Origin: Alphaproteobacteria bacterium
GTDB lineage: Bacteria; Pseudomonadota; Alphaproteobacteria; UBA828
Direction of reading: 5' to 3'
Length of the DNA stretch: 64,000 nt
Assembly: GCA_965237415.1 (NCBI GenBank)
Contig: CBDEFM010000002.1
Coordinates: 32,001 to 96,000 of the forward strand
A program made the position numbers and the translations under genes. Shown piece by piece: positions 53,489 through 63,786 of the stretch; the first letter of the stretch is position 1; every line of letters starts with the position of its first letter. Under the pieces are notes generated by a model. It was not told where the DNA came from, ran no database searches, and was given only the letters and a program-made list of their open reading frames with translations.

Positions 53489-54646
53489 ATGATCGAATCG
53501 GAAAACGCTCGCGCCGGTGAAGGGCGGCCGAAATTGCTTTTCGTCGCGGGCGACGACGGCTTCTTCGTCTCCCACCGGATGCCGATCGCGCGGGCGGCGC
53601 GGGACGCCGGCTTCGCCGTCGCCGTTGCCTGCCCGGTTGCGACCCACGGCGATGCGATCCGCGCCGAAGGAATGCGGGTGCTGCCCATCCCCATGAAGCG
53701 GGGACGAATCTCGCCGCTGGCGGACCTGCGCACGCTTGCCGCGCTCGTGTGCATCCATCGGGCCGAGCGGCCGGACATCGTCCATGCGGTCGCGATGAAG
53801 CCGGTGCTCTACGGCGGCGCTGCGGCGCGGCTCGCCGGCGTTCCGGCGGTCGTCGGCGCGTTGACTGGGTTGGGTTACGTGTTCTCGTCCGGCGATTTGC
53901 GGGCGCGGTTGCTGCGCCCGCTCGTGCGCATCGCGCTTCGCTGGGCGCTGAACGGCCGGCGCACCACCTGCCTGACCCAGAACCCGGACGACGCGGCGTT
54001 CGTTGCAGGGCTGGGCATCGACCGGCACCGCATCGCGGTGATTCCGGGCTCCGGCGTCGACACGGCCCGCTTCGCTCCGTCGCCGGAGCCGGACGGGCCT
54101 CTCCGCGCGACCATGGTCTCGCGGCTGTTGTGGGACAAAGGGGTCGGCGAGTTCGTCGAGGCGGCGAGAGTTGCGCGGGCGCGACGCCCCGACCTCCGCT
54201 TCACCCTGATCGGCGCGCCGGACGAGGGCAACCCGGCGGCGGTCCCCCTGGCGCAACTTGAAGAGTGGCGGGACGAAGGCGTCGTCGAGTGGCAGGGCCG
54301 CCGCGACGATATTCCGGCGGTGTGGAAGGAGTCGCACATCGCGGTCCTGCCCTCCTACTACGCGGAGGGTCTTCCCAAGGCGCTGCTCGAAGCCGCGTCG
54401 TGCGGACGGCCGATCGTTGCGGCGGACGTGCCGGGCAGCCGCGAAATTGCGCGCGACGGTGAGAGCGGGCTTCTGGTCCCACCCCGCGATCCAACCGCGC
54501 TGGCAGCGGCGATCCTGCGCCTCGCCGACGATCCCGCTCTGCGCGCCCGCCTCGGTGCAGGCGGGCGTCGCCTCGTCGAGCGCGAATTCTCCGAGGATCG
54601 TATCGCGGACGCGACACTGGAGCTCTGGCGTCGGCTGCTGGATTAG
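53489..54646 (+). CDS. GT4 glycosyltransferase
   Basis: SHRMP, KPVLYG, IPGSGVD, SRLLWDKG, EGLPKALLEA. Confidence 0.93.
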   Translation: MIESENARAGEGRPKLLFVAGDDGFFVSHRMPIARAARDAGFAVAVACPVATHGDAIRAEGMRVLPIPMKRGRISPLADLRTLAALVCIHRAERPDIVHAVAMKPVLYGGAAARLAGVPAVVGALTGLGYVFSSGDLRARLLRPLVRIALRWALNGRRTTCLTQNPDDAAFVAGLGIDRHRIAVIPGSGVDTARFAPSPEPDGPLRATMVSRLLWDKGVGEFVEAARVARARRPDLRFTLIGAPDEGNPAAVPLAQLEEWRDEGVVEWQGRRDDIPAVWKESHIAVLPSYYAEGLPKALLEAASCGRPIVAADVPGSREIARDGESGLLVPPRDPTALAAAILRLADDPALRARLGAGGRRLVEREFSEDRIADATLELWRRLLD

Positions 54647-54652
54647 CCCGGG

Positions 54653-55333
54653 CTAGGCCTGGAAGAGACGCTCGATCGACGCCGGCAACTGGGCGAAATC
54701 GTCGATCACCGCGTCGGCGCCCAAGGCATGCGGGGAGATCGGGCTGTACCCATAAGCCGTCACGATCACGGCAACGCCGGCACTCTGCGCGGATTCAACA
54801 TCGGCGGCGCTGTCGCCGACCATGACCGCACGTCCCGGCTCGGCGCCGAGGGCGGCCAGCGCCTCGCGAATATGGCCGGGATGGGGCTTCATCTTGTCGA
54901 CGGTGTCGCCCGCGAGCACCGCCTCGATGTGATGGTCGATATCGAAGTGGGCGAGCAGGCGGCGCGTCGAGCGATCCCCCCTGTTGGTGCAGACGGCGAG
55001 CGAGACACCGGCGTCGCGCAGGCGCTCGATCGTGGCGACGACCGCCGGGAAAGGCTGGATCTGCTCGGTCTCGATTTCGAAGTAGTAGGCGATGAGCCGC
55101 TCGATCAGGGGCCGAAGGGCCGCGTCGTCGGGCCGCTCCGCCCCCTGCGCGTCGAGCGCCGCGAGAAGCAGGCGCTTGGCGCCCTCGCCGGCACGCTGGC
55201 GGAACGCCTCGAACGCGACCGGCGCGTGGCCCATCTCCGTCAATAGCCGGTTGAGCGCCGCGATGAGATCGGGCGCGGTATCGAAGAGGGTCCCGTCGAA
55301 GTCGACGAGCACCGCGTCCACATGCTCACGCAT
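54653..55333 (-). CDS. gph: Phosphoglycolate phosphatase (HAD)
   Basis: DFDGTLFDT, VCTN, KPHP, MVGDSAAD; divergent from glmU. Confidence 0.85.
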   Translation of the reverse strand: MREHVDAVLVDFDGTLFDTAPDLIAALNRLLTEMGHAPVAFEAFRQRAGEGAKRLLLAALDAQGAERPDDAALRPLIERLIAYYFEIETEQIQPFPAVVATIERLRDAGVSLAVCTNRGDRSTRRLLAHFDIDHHIEAVLAGDTVDKMKPHPGHIREALAALGAEPGRAVMVGDSAADVESAQSAGVAVIVTAYGYSPISPHALGADAVIDDFAQLPASIERLFQA

Positions 55334-55584
55334 CGCGCCGATGGTGCGGGAAGGGGCCAATGTTGACAAGGCGTCGCAGCGCGTGGGGCCGCAACGAGGG
55401 CGGACATGCTATGATGGCATTTCGCGCGGTACCCCATCCATCCGGCGTCGGATATCCCTGAGCGAATGAGTATTTCGGGCGTGAGCCAAGCGGTCTCCCA
55501 TCGCACTCGTCGCCACCGAGCGCACGCACGCGAAGCCGAGAGCGGCGCCCTGCACCCAGTCTGTCACCCACCGCGGAGGCGCGG

Positions 55585-56940
55585 GTGAGCGGGCTCGCCT
55601 GTGTCGTGCTCGCGGCGGGCAAGGGGACGCGCATGCGCTCAGGCCTGCCGAAAGTCCTGCACCCGCTCGCCGGGCGGCCGATGGTGGAGCACGTGCTGGC
55701 CAGTGCCCGCGCGCTTGCGCCCGTGCGCACGGTCATGTTGATCGGGCCGGAGATGGAAACCGCGGCCCGCGGTCTGGAAGGAGCCGGCGAGGCGTTCGCC
55801 TGCGTGGTGCAGGACAAGCCCCTGGGCACCGCCCACGCGGTGGCGGCCGCGCGGCCATTGCTGGAGGATTTCGACGGCGATGTCCTCGTGCTCTATGCGG
55901 ACACGCCGCTGGTCCGAGCCGAAACCTTGGAACGGCTCATCCAGGCGCGGCGCGAGGGCGCCGGAGCGGCCGCCGCGGTCCTGGGTTTTCGACCGGAGGA
56001 TCCGGCGGAGTACGGCCGGCTCATCCTGGCGCCGGACGGGACGCTCGCACGCATCGTCGAGTACGCCGAGGCCAGCGAAGAGGAGCGCGCCGTCACGCTC
56101 TGCAACGCCGGCATGATGGCGATCGACGGGCGCCGGCTCTTCTCTCTGCTGGATGCGATCGGCAACGACAACGAGGGCGGCGAGTACTACCTGACCGACC
56201 TCCCGGCCGTCGTCGGGACGCAAGGCGGCGTCTGTGCCGTTGCCGAAGCGCCGGCGGAAGAGGTCATGGGCATCAACGACCGCGTCCAGCTCGCCGCCGC
56301 CGAACGCGTTATCCAGGACCGGCTGCGCCGGGCCGCTATGGAGGGAGGGGCGACGCTTCTCGATCCCGCCACCGTCTGGCTCAGCCTCGACACGCGCTTG
56401 GGCTCCGACGTGACCATCGGGCCCAACGTGGTAATCGGCCCCGGCGTCACCCTCGAGGACGGCGCCGAGATCCGGCCATTCAGCCATCTGGAAGGAGTCC
56501 GTGTGGGAAGAGGGGCGCTGATCGGCCCGTTCGCGCGGCTCCGGCCGGGCAGCGATATCGGCGAAGAGGCCCGGGTCGGCAACTTCGTCGAGGTGAAGAA
56601 CAGCACGGTCGAGCGGGGCGCCAAGATCAACCACCTGAGCTATGTCGGCGACGCCGGCGTTGGCGCGGGCGCCAACATCGGCGCCGGCACCATCACCTGC
56701 AATTACGACGGCTACGAAAAATCCCGCACCGAGATCGGCGAGGGCGCCTTCATCGGCTCCAACACGGCGCTGGTGGCGCCGGTTACCGTCGGCCCCGGCG
56801 CGGTCGTGGGCGCCGGCAGCGTGATTACCGAGGACGTGGAGGCGGACGCCATCGCGGTCGCCAGAGGCGAGCAGCGCCAGCGCGAAGGCGCCGCGGCGCG
56901 CAGGCGCGCCCGGCGCCGGCCCGGCCCGGCCGAAGACTAG
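55585..56940 (+). CDS. glmU: Bifunctional GlmU
   Basis: LAAGKGTRMRS..PKVLH, EYYLTD, GNFVEVK, HLSYVGD, TCNYDG. Confidence 0.97.
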   Translation: MSGLACVVLAAGKGTRMRSGLPKVLHPLAGRPMVEHVLASARALAPVRTVMLIGPEMETAARGLEGAGEAFACVVQDKPLGTAHAVAAARPLLEDFDGDVLVLYADTPLVRAETLERLIQARREGAGAAAAVLGFRPEDPAEYGRLILAPDGTLARIVEYAEASEEERAVTLCNAGMMAIDGRRLFSLLDAIGNDNEGGEYYLTDLPAVVGTQGGVCAVAEAPAEEVMGINDRVQLAAAERVIQDRLRRAAMEGGATLLDPATVWLSLDTRLGSDVTIGPNVVIGPGVTLEDGAEIRPFSHLEGVRVGRGALIGPFARLRPGSDIGEEARVGNFVEVKNSTVERGAKINHLSYVGDAGVGAGANIGAGTITCNYDGYEKSRTEIGEGAFIGSNTALVAPVTVGPGAVVGAGSVITEDVEADAIAVARGEQRQREGAAARRRARRRPGPAED

Positions 56941-56969
56941 GCGGCGCGCAAGAGGGGAGTGCCGGCAGC

Positions 56970-58793
56970 GTGTGCGGAATCATCGGTGTCACGGGCCCGG
57001 ATCAGGCGGCGCCGCACATCCTCGACGGGCTGCGGCGCCTCGAATACCGCGGCTACGATTCGGCAGGTCTCGCGACGCTCGCCAACGGCCTGATCGAGCT
57101 TCGCCGCGCCGAGGGCAAGCTCATCGAGCTCGAACGCCTGGTCGCCCGGAGCCCCGTCAGCGGCACCACGGGCATCGGGCACACCCGCTGGGCCACGCAT
57201 GGCGAGCCCAGCGAGACCAACGCCCACCCCCATGCCGCCGGCCGGGTGGCGGTGGTCCACAACGGCATTATCGAGAACTACCGCGAGCTCAGGGCCAGGC
57301 TGGAGGCGGAGGGGCGCGAGCTCGTCTCCGACACCGATACCGAGGTGGTCCCCCACCTGATCGATTCCCACATGGAGCGCGGCCTCGACCCGGAACAGGC
57401 CACGGCCGCGACGCTCGCGCAGCTCGATGGCGCGTTCGCGCTGGCGATCATCTTCGCCGGCCACGCGGGCCTCCTGATCGGCGCCCGGCGCGGCTCCCCG
57501 CTCGCCATCGGCCACGGCGAGGACGCCACCTATCTCGCCTCGGACGCGCTGGCGCTCAGCACCTTCGCCCGCCGGATCAGCTATCTCGACGAGGGCGACT
57601 GGGCGGTGCTGAGCGCCGGCGAGGTCGCCATACGCGATTCAAGCGGGCGGCCTGTTGAGCGTCCGCAGAGCGTTACCGCCCACGATGGCGCCATGATCGG
57701 CAAGGGCAATTTCCGCCACTACATGCTGAAGGAGATCCACGAGCAGCCGAGCGCAGTCGGCGACACCCTCGGCGCCTACTACAATCCGGGGGCCGAGACG
57801 GTCGCGCTCCCGGCGCTCCCCTTCGCGCTGGCGAGGGTGGAGAGGGTGACGATCGTCGCCTGCGGCACCTCCTACTACGCCGGCCTCGCCGCGCGCTATT
57901 GGATCGAGCAGACCGCGCGGGTCCCGGTCGAGATCGACATCGCGTCCGAGTTCCGCTACCGCGCGCCGCCGCTCGCGGAGGGCGGCGTGACGCTCTTCAT
58001 CTCGCAGTCGGGCGAGACCGCGGACACGCTGGCGGCGCTGCGCTTCGCCAAGCAGGCGGGCACGCCGACCGCGGCGGTGGTGAACGTGCGCGAGAGCACC
58101 ATGGCGCGGGAGGCGGACGCGCTGCTCCCCACCTATGCCGGGGTCGAGATCGGGGTGGCATCGACCAAGGCCTTCACCGCCCAGCTCGTCACCCTCGCCT
58201 GCTTCGCGATCGCGCTCGCCCGTGCGCGGGGCGCCATCGATAAGGCGGAGGAAGCCCGCCTCGCCGCGGCGCTGGCCCACGTCCCGGCCCACATGGCGCA
58301 CGTGCTGGGCCACGACGAGCGCATCCTGGACCTCGCCGAGACCCTGCGCCAGGCCCAGACCGTGCTCTACATCGGGCGCGGCACCGGCTATCCCATCGCC
58401 ATGGAGGGGGCGCTCAAGCTCAAGGAGCTCTCCTACATCCATGCCGAGGGCTTCGCCGCCGGCGAGCTCAAGCACGGCCCCATCGCCCTCATCGACCGGG
58501 GCGTGCCGGTGATCGTCGTGGCGCCGCCCGGCCCGCTCTTCGACAAGACGGCGTCGAACCTGCGGGAGGCCGCGGCCCGCGGCGCCCACATCGTCGTCAT
58601 CAGCGACGCCACGGGCTGCGAAGCGATGGCGCCGCTGGCCGCAGACGCCATCGCGCTCCCCTCGCTCGACCCCTTCGTCGCCCCCATCCTCTACGCGATC
58701 CCGGTCCAGCTCATCGCCTACCATGTGGCGGTGCTCAAGGGGACCGACGTGGACCAGCCCCGCAACCTCGCGAAATCGGTCACCGTGGAATGA
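56970..58793 (+). CDS. glmS: Glutamine-fructose-6-phosphate transaminase
   Basis: CGII, LEYRGYDS, GHTRWATHG, SQSGETAD, PRNLAKSVTVE. Confidence 0.98.
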   Translation: MCGIIGVTGPDQAAPHILDGLRRLEYRGYDSAGLATLANGLIELRRAEGKLIELERLVARSPVSGTTGIGHTRWATHGEPSETNAHPHAAGRVAVVHNGIIENYRELRARLEAEGRELVSDTDTEVVPHLIDSHMERGLDPEQATAATLAQLDGAFALAIIFAGHAGLLIGARRGSPLAIGHGEDATYLASDALALSTFARRISYLDEGDWAVLSAGEVAIRDSSGRPVERPQSVTAHDGAMIGKGNFRHYMLKEIHEQPSAVGDTLGAYYNPGAETVALPALPFALARVERVTIVACGTSYYAGLAARYWIEQTARVPVEIDIASEFRYRAPPLAEGGVTLFISQSGETADTLAALRFAKQAGTPTAAVVNVRESTMAREADALLPTYAGVEIGVASTKAFTAQLVTLACFAIALARARGAIDKAEEARLAAALAHVPAHMAHVLGHDERILDLAETLRQAQTVLYIGRGTGYPIAMEGALKLKELSYIHAEGFAAGELKHGPIALIDRGVPVIVVAPPGPLFDKTASNLREAAARGAHIVVISDATGCEAMAPLAADAIALPSLDPFVAPILYAIPVQLIAYHVAVLKGTDVDQPRNLAKSVTVE

Positions 58794-59971
58794 GCGAACG
58801 TCCGGCCCTCATCGACCTCGACGACGACCACCGCGAGCTGCGCGAGCCGGTCCGGTCGCTCTGCGCGCGCTATCCCGGCGAGTACTGGCGGGAGAAAGAC
58901 CGGGCGCGCACCTACCCGGAGGAGTTCGTGCAGGCGCTCACCGATGCGGGCTTCCTCGCCGCGCTGATCCCCGAGCGCTACGGCGGCAGCGGGCTCGGCA
59001 TCGGCGCGGCTGCGGCGATCCTCGAGGAAATCCACGCGTCGGGCTGCAACGGCGGCGCCTGCCACGCCCAGATGTACACCATGGGGACGGTGCTGCGGCA
59101 CGGCTCGGACGCACAGAAGGAGGCCTACCTGCCCGAGATCGCGAGCGGTGCCCGGCGGCTCCAGGCGTTCGGCGTCACCGAGCCCACCGCGGGCTCGGAC
59201 ACGACCCAGCTCCGCACCACCGCCGAGCGCCGCGCGGACGGCGATTACACGGTGAACGGTCAGAAGGTCTGGATCTCGCGGGCCGAGCACTCGGACCTGC
59301 TGCTCCTCCTCGCCCGCACCACGCCGAAGGAAGAGTGCGCCAAGCGCACGGACGGGCTCTCGGTCTTCCTCATCGAGCTGGAGCACGCGATCGGCAACGG
59401 CCTCGAAATCAGGCCGATCCGCACCATGATCAACCACGCGACCACCGAGCTCTTCTTCGACGACCTCGTGATCCCGGGCGCGAGCCTGATCGGCGAGGAG
59501 GGCAGGGGCTTTCGCTACATCCTGGACGGCATGAATGCCGAGCGAATCCTGATCGCAGCCGAGTGCATCGGCGATAGCCGCTGGTTCATCGAGAAGGCCA
59601 GTGCGTATGCCACCGAGCGCCAGGTTTTTGGGCGACCCATCGGCGCCAACCAAGGCGTGCAGTTCCCCATCGCCGAGGCGTACGCGCAGATGGAGGCGGC
59701 GGGGCTGATGGTGAGTAAGGCCGCCGCGCTCTTCGACGCAGGCCGCGCCTGCGGGCCCGAGGCCAACATGGCCAAGCTGCTCGCGTCGGAAGCCTCGTGG
59801 AAGGCCGGCGATACCTGCCTGCAGACCCACGGCGGCTTCGGCTTCGCCGAGGAATACGACGTGGAGCGCAAGTTCCGCGAGACCCGGCTCTACCGCGTGG
59901 CCCCGATCTCGACCAATCTCATCCTCGCCTATCTCGGCCAGCATGTGCTCGGCATGCCGCGCTCCTACTAG
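58790..59971 (+). CDS. Acyl-CoA dehydrogenase
   Basis: FGVTEPTAGSD, NGQKVWIS, RQVFGRPIG, QTHGGFG. Confidence 0.95.
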   Translation: MSERPALIDLDDDHRELREPVRSLCARYPGEYWREKDRARTYPEEFVQALTDAGFLAALIPERYGGSGLGIGAAAAILEEIHASGCNGGACHAQMYTMGTVLRHGSDAQKEAYLPEIASGARRLQAFGVTEPTAGSDTTQLRTTAERRADGDYTVNGQKVWISRAEHSDLLLLLARTTPKEECAKRTDGLSVFLIELEHAIGNGLEIRPIRTMINHATTELFFDDLVIPGASLIGEEGRGFRYILDGMNAERILIAAECIGDSRWFIEKASAYATERQVFGRPIGANQGVQFPIAEAYAQMEAAGLMVSKAAALFDAGRACGPEANMAKLLASEASWKAGDTCLQTHGGFGFAEEYDVERKFRETRLYRVAPISTNLILAYLGQHVLGMPRSY

Positions 59972-60017
59972 GGGCGCGACAGAGACCTTCGCATGCCTTC
60001 GCACGGTGTCCCCATCA

Positions 60018-60130
60018 CGTCATGGCCGGGCTTGTCCCGGCCATCCATGCGGCCGCCCATCCGCGGACACACCTGGGCGAGATGGATACCCGGATACCCG
60101 GAACAAGTCCGGGCAGGTCCGGGCATGACG
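60018..60130. repeat. Palindromic REP/RPE-like element, copy 1
   Basis: CGTCATGGCCGGGCTTGTCCCGGCCATC...CCGGGCATGACG. Confidence 0.85.
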
Positions 60131-60151
60131 GTGTAGAGACGTGAGCGGGTC

Positions 60152-61324
60152 GTGAGCGAGGGAGCCGAAGGGCCGCTCGCAGGCCTCCTGGTGGTCTCGG
60201 TCGAACAGGCCGTCGCCGCGCCCTTCGCCACCAGCCGGCTCGCCGACGCGGGCGCGCGCGTCATCAAGGTCGAGCGGGCGGAGGGCGACTTCGCCCGCTT
60301 CTACGACCATGTGGTGGGCGGCGAGTGCGCGTGGTTCGTCTGGCTCAACCGCGGCAAGGAATCCGTCGTCCTCGACATCAAGAACACAGACGACAACGCC
60401 CTGCTGCACCGCATTATAGAGCGCGCCGATATCTTCGTGCAGAACCTGGCGCCGGGCGCAGCGGCACGGGCGGGCTTCGACTCAAGCGCGCTCCGAGAGC
60501 GCCATTCCCGCCTCATCACCTGCGACATCAGCGGCTATGGCGAGAGCGGCCCTTATGCCGCGATGAAGGCCTACGACTTCCTCATCCAGTGCGAATCGGG
60601 CATCGCGTCCGTGACCGGCACGCCCGAATCGGCGAGCCGCGTCGGGGTCTCGGTCTGCGATATCGGCGCCGGCCTCAACGCCTACGGCGCGATCCTGGAG
60701 GCCCTGCACGCACGCCACCGCAGCGGCCGGGGCAGCGGCATCGGGGTCTCGCTCTTCGACGGCATGGCGGACTGGATGACCGTGCCGCTCCTGCACCTGG
60801 AGCACGGCGGCAAGGCGCCCGCGCGCACGGGCCTCAGCCACGCCATGATCGCGCCCTACGGCGCCTATCCGGTAGGCGACGGCGGCCAGATGGTGATCGC
60901 CATCCAGAACGAGCGCGAGTGGGCCCGCTTCTGCGAGGGAATCCTGGGCGACGCTGCCCTCACGACGGACCCACGCTTCGCCGGTCACCCGGCCCGCCTC
61001 GCGAACCGCCCGGCGATGGACGCGCTGATCGTCGCGGCCTTCAACAAGCACGACATGGAGTCGCTCGCGGCAGCCCTACGCGACGCGGGAATCGCCTTCG
61101 GCCGCCTCAACGAGGTCTCGGGACTCTCGGCACACCCGCAGCTCCGCCGCACAGCCGTGGCGACCCCTGCGGGCACGGTCGAGATCGTCGCACCCCCCGC
61201 CCGCCACGCCGACGACCGCCCCCTCCGCCCCGTCCCGGCGCTGGGGGCGCACAGCGAGGCGATACGGGCGGAGTTTGGTGGCAACGACGAAATTAAGTCG
61301 CCAGATGGTGCGTCTCGAAATTGA
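60152..61324 (+). CDS. CaiB/BaiF family III CoA-transferase
   Basis: AAPFAT..LADAGARVIKVE, LNRGKES, KAYD, PYG. Confidence 0.93.
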   Translation: MSEGAEGPLAGLLVVSVEQAVAAPFATSRLADAGARVIKVERAEGDFARFYDHVVGGECAWFVWLNRGKESVVLDIKNTDDNALLHRIIERADIFVQNLAPGAAARAGFDSSALRERHSRLITCDISGYGESGPYAAMKAYDFLIQCESGIASVTGTPESASRVGVSVCDIGAGLNAYGAILEALHARHRSGRGSGIGVSLFDGMADWMTVPLLHLEHGGKAPARTGLSHAMIAPYGAYPVGDGGQMVIAIQNEREWARFCEGILGDAALTTDPRFAGHPARLANRPAMDALIVAAFNKHDMESLAAALRDAGIAFGRLNEVSGLSAHPQLRRTAVATPAGTVEIVAPPARHADDRPLRPVPALGAHSEAIRAEFGGNDEIKSPDGASRN

Positions 61325-61339
61325 CGGAGGATCACGAAG

Positions 61340-62284
61340 TTGCCCATTTCTAATTTGTACTCGTATCGGAAACGCGTCGCTAAGGGAGAGACGCCGGATG
61401 TGTTCATTTATGACCAACTCCCCCAAGAACTTAGGGTCCAAATGGTTCATATTTGGAGAGATGCTATTGGACCGTACTATGTGTACGGTCAATTCGAGGA
61501 TAGGAACGCAAGGGAGAACAATGAAGCTTGGGAGCTTATTCACAAGACCGTCGCACGGGAGCATGGCGTATTCTCTTTGGGTGATGAACGTCGCATTGAC
61601 GAACGCTGCGAGCGCTATTTCTTGGATGTCTCTCCTGTGGATGCTGCCCTCGACGTCATCGAGGTGGCTTTCCTATACCTTGATCGGTTTGCGCGGGACT
61701 TCGGCCCCGCTGCCCGCCAGAACAGAGGAATAGAGCAATCAGCTGAGAGTGCTATCGAAGAACTCAATGCGCGATTTCGGCGAGCCGGCGTGGGGTATCA
61801 GTTTGAAGAAGGACGAATCTTCCGTGTCGACTCAGAGTTGATTCATTCCGAAGTTGTGCGCCAGGCGCTTCGGTTTCTCAACGAGCCGGGCTTCGAGGGA
61901 CCACGTGACGAATTCCTACGAGCGCATGGCCATTACCGATCTGGCGAGATTGAAGGCGCCGTCACTGATGCCAACAATGCGTTCGAGAGCACGCTGAAAG
62001 TAGTTTGCGAGCAAAGAGGGTGGCCGTATCCACCTGGTGCGCGAGCGTCAGACCTTCTCAAGATTGTCCGTAATAAGGGTTTGCTGCCGGATTATTTGGA
62101 CAATTCATTCGATCAGCTAGTGGCAACGCTTAAGTCAGGACTTCCGAAAGTGCGCGGCGAGAAAGGCGCACACGGCCAAGGCGCAAAGCCGCAAAGAGCG
62201 CCCGATTATGTGGGCGCCTATGCGCTCCACCTGGCGGCTGCTAACATCTTGTTTATCGTCGAGGCGCACAAAGCGCTAGATTAA
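61340..62284 (+). CDS. Abortive-infection-like protein (STM4504/CBY_0614-like, Abi_C C-terminus)
   Basis: LYSYRK..PDVFIYDQLP..LRVQ, ELNARF..GYQF, AFESTLK, R...GAHGQG HEPN-like motif; lower GC than flanks. Confidence 0.72.
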   Translation: MPISNLYSYRKRVAKGETPDVFIYDQLPQELRVQMVHIWRDAIGPYYVYGQFEDRNARENNEAWELIHKTVAREHGVFSLGDERRIDERCERYFLDVSPVDAALDVIEVAFLYLDRFARDFGPAARQNRGIEQSAESAIEELNARFRRAGVGYQFEEGRIFRVDSELIHSEVVRQALRFLNEPGFEGPRDEFLRAHGHYRSGEIEGAVTDANNAFESTLKVVCEQRGWPYPPGARASDLLKIVRNKGLLPDYLDNSFDQLVATLKSGLPKVRGEKGAHGQGAKPQRAPDYVGAYALHLAAANILFIVEAHKALD

Positions 62285-62355
62285 TATCATGTTTCCAGAG
62301 TTCGCATGATGGTGGATCGGTGCGTATTTTCTCCGATCCGGTCACGCCCTCACAT

Positions 62356-62450
62356 CGTCATGCCCGGACTTGTTCCGGGCATCTCCCTCGGCCAAGTCCG
62401 TCAGAGGGTGGGCGGCCGCGTGGATGGCCGGGACAAGCCCGGCCATGACG
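62356..62450. repeat. Palindromic REP/RPE-like element, copy 2 (inverted relative to copy 1)
   Basis: CGTCATGCCCGGACTTGTTCCGGGCATC...GATGGCCGGGACAAGCCCGGCCATGACG. Confidence 0.85.
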
Positions 62451-62490
62451 AGGAGGGAGACCGCTCTCCCCGAGCGTGACCCCATTTTGT

Positions 62491-62547
62491 CGCGCGCGGG
62501 ACCCGGATTTACCGCGCGCGGGACCCGGAGTTACCGCGCGCGAGACC
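62491..62547. repeat. 22-bp direct repeat, about 2.6 copies
   Basis: CGCGCGCGGGACCCGGA(T/G)TTAC at 62491 and 62513, partial at 62535. Confidence 0.85.
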
Positions 62548-62596
62548 TTTCAGGCTCGCCCGAGTCAGGCCCGCGTGACACCCGGAACATCGTGCG

Positions 62597-63340
62597 GTGC
62601 ACGGAGCGCGCCGCGCGCACCAGGATCGCGGCATGCAGCAGGGCGAGGGCGAGCGGAGCACGGCAAGTGAAATGGGCGGGCGCGCGTCGGCCGAGCCGGC
62701 GCCGGCCGCAATCCAGGACGCCCTTGCCGCAGCGATCGAGGACGGCGCCACCACGGACGAGATCGTGGCACGCGTCCGCGCGCGCGGCGGCGGCGGCGAC
62801 TGTCCGCATTCCGCCAAGGGCAGCTGGGCCGAGCGCATGGACGGCCTGATCTGCCTGCAGCGCGAGACCGTTCGCTTTGCCGAGGAATGGGAGCGCACGC
62901 GCGACCCCCGCGCCGAGGGGCTTAGCGCCCTCATCGCGATCGAGACCCTGCGAACGCTGGCGCTCCGCACGATGGCCGAGCTCAGCGCGCGCGAGGAGCC
63001 GGTGGTGACCGAGGACCTCGGCCGCCTCGCCCTCGCGCTCCACCGCATCGAAAGCGCCGACAGGCTCCGCATCGAGCGCGAGCAGGCGGCAGCCGATGCC
63101 GCCGCCCCGCACGCCGGGCTGGCCGCGCGCGCGGCCAGTATGACGCATGCCGAACGGGTCGAAACCGTCCGCCGGGCTCTCGAGGGGCACGTCTTCCCTG
63201 GGCGCACAGAGCCGCCACCGCCGGCATCCGGGTGGGCCGCCGCCTCTGCCGAGGACTCTCCCGTCACCCCGCGCCGAAGTCGGCGCCCGATCCGCCTACC
63301 GCCGACGGGGCGCCCGTCGCGCCTCCACGCGCGCAAGTAG
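62597..63340 (+). CDS. Hypothetical protein resembling phage Mu gp27/DUF3486
   Basis: AAIEDGATTDEIVARVR..S..GSWAERM..FAEEW..LIAIETLRTLA..DLGRLALAL helical pattern; recognised by eye only. Confidence 0.5.
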   Translation: MHGARRAHQDRGMQQGEGERSTASEMGGRASAEPAPAAIQDALAAAIEDGATTDEIVARVRARGGGGDCPHSAKGSWAERMDGLICLQRETVRFAEEWERTRDPRAEGLSALIAIETLRTLALRTMAELSAREEPVVTEDLGRLALALHRIESADRLRIEREQAAADAAAPHAGLAARAASMTHAERVETVRRALEGHVFPGRTEPPPPASGWAAASAEDSPVTPRRSRRPIRLPPTGRPSRLHARK

Positions 63341-63348
63341 ACGATGAC

Positions 63349-63456
63349 GATGCGCAGGACGCCGGCGGGACGCCGGATGCATGGGACGCGCGCAGAGCGC
63401 CGGATGTATGTGACGCGCGCGGGGGGCGCGATACATGGGACGCGCACAGGGCGCGG
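63349..63456 (+). repeat. Degenerate 27-bp tandem repeat, 4 copies
   Basis: GAT(G/A)(C/T)..GGACGC.. units encoding DAQDAGGTP/DAWDARRAP/DVCDARGGR/DTWDAHRAR. Confidence 0.75.
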
Positions 63457-63737
63457 GATGCCGAGCTGAGGCGGCGGGAGGCGGAAGGCCGACTCTGGCC
63501 GACCGACCCTCCCTTCTGCCCCGCGGCATGGAGCGGGCCAGGGTGAGGCGGGGGATTCCGCCTCCGCCGCAGCCGGACACGCGCTCGACTCTTGATTCCG
63601 CGCCCGCGACCTTTCAGGCGCGGGCGACAGGCGCCAGTTTCGCGTCATGCAGTGCGCGATCGAGCGGTCCGATGCGGGCGCGATCGTCCGCAACTCTCAC
63701 TGGGTCGCGCCTCGCGACTGGGCCGCGCGCCCCAGGG

Positions 63738-63786
63738 AATCCCACTTATCCCACTTAATCCCACTTAATCCCGGCAAATCCCGGCT
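63738..63786. repeat. Five ATCCC-core repeats at 9-10 bp spacing
   Basis: AATCCCACTT ATCCCACTT AATCCCACTT AATCCCGGCA AATCCCGGCT. Confidence 0.85.

Noticed and set aside
58760-58830. attTn7 / Tn7 insertion downstream of glmS
   Set aside because: The glmS stop overlaps the acyl-CoA dehydrogenase start; no Tn7 ends or tns genes.
63349-63456. Possible CRISPR array
   Set aside because: Contiguous degenerate 27-bp units without unique spacers; no cas genes.
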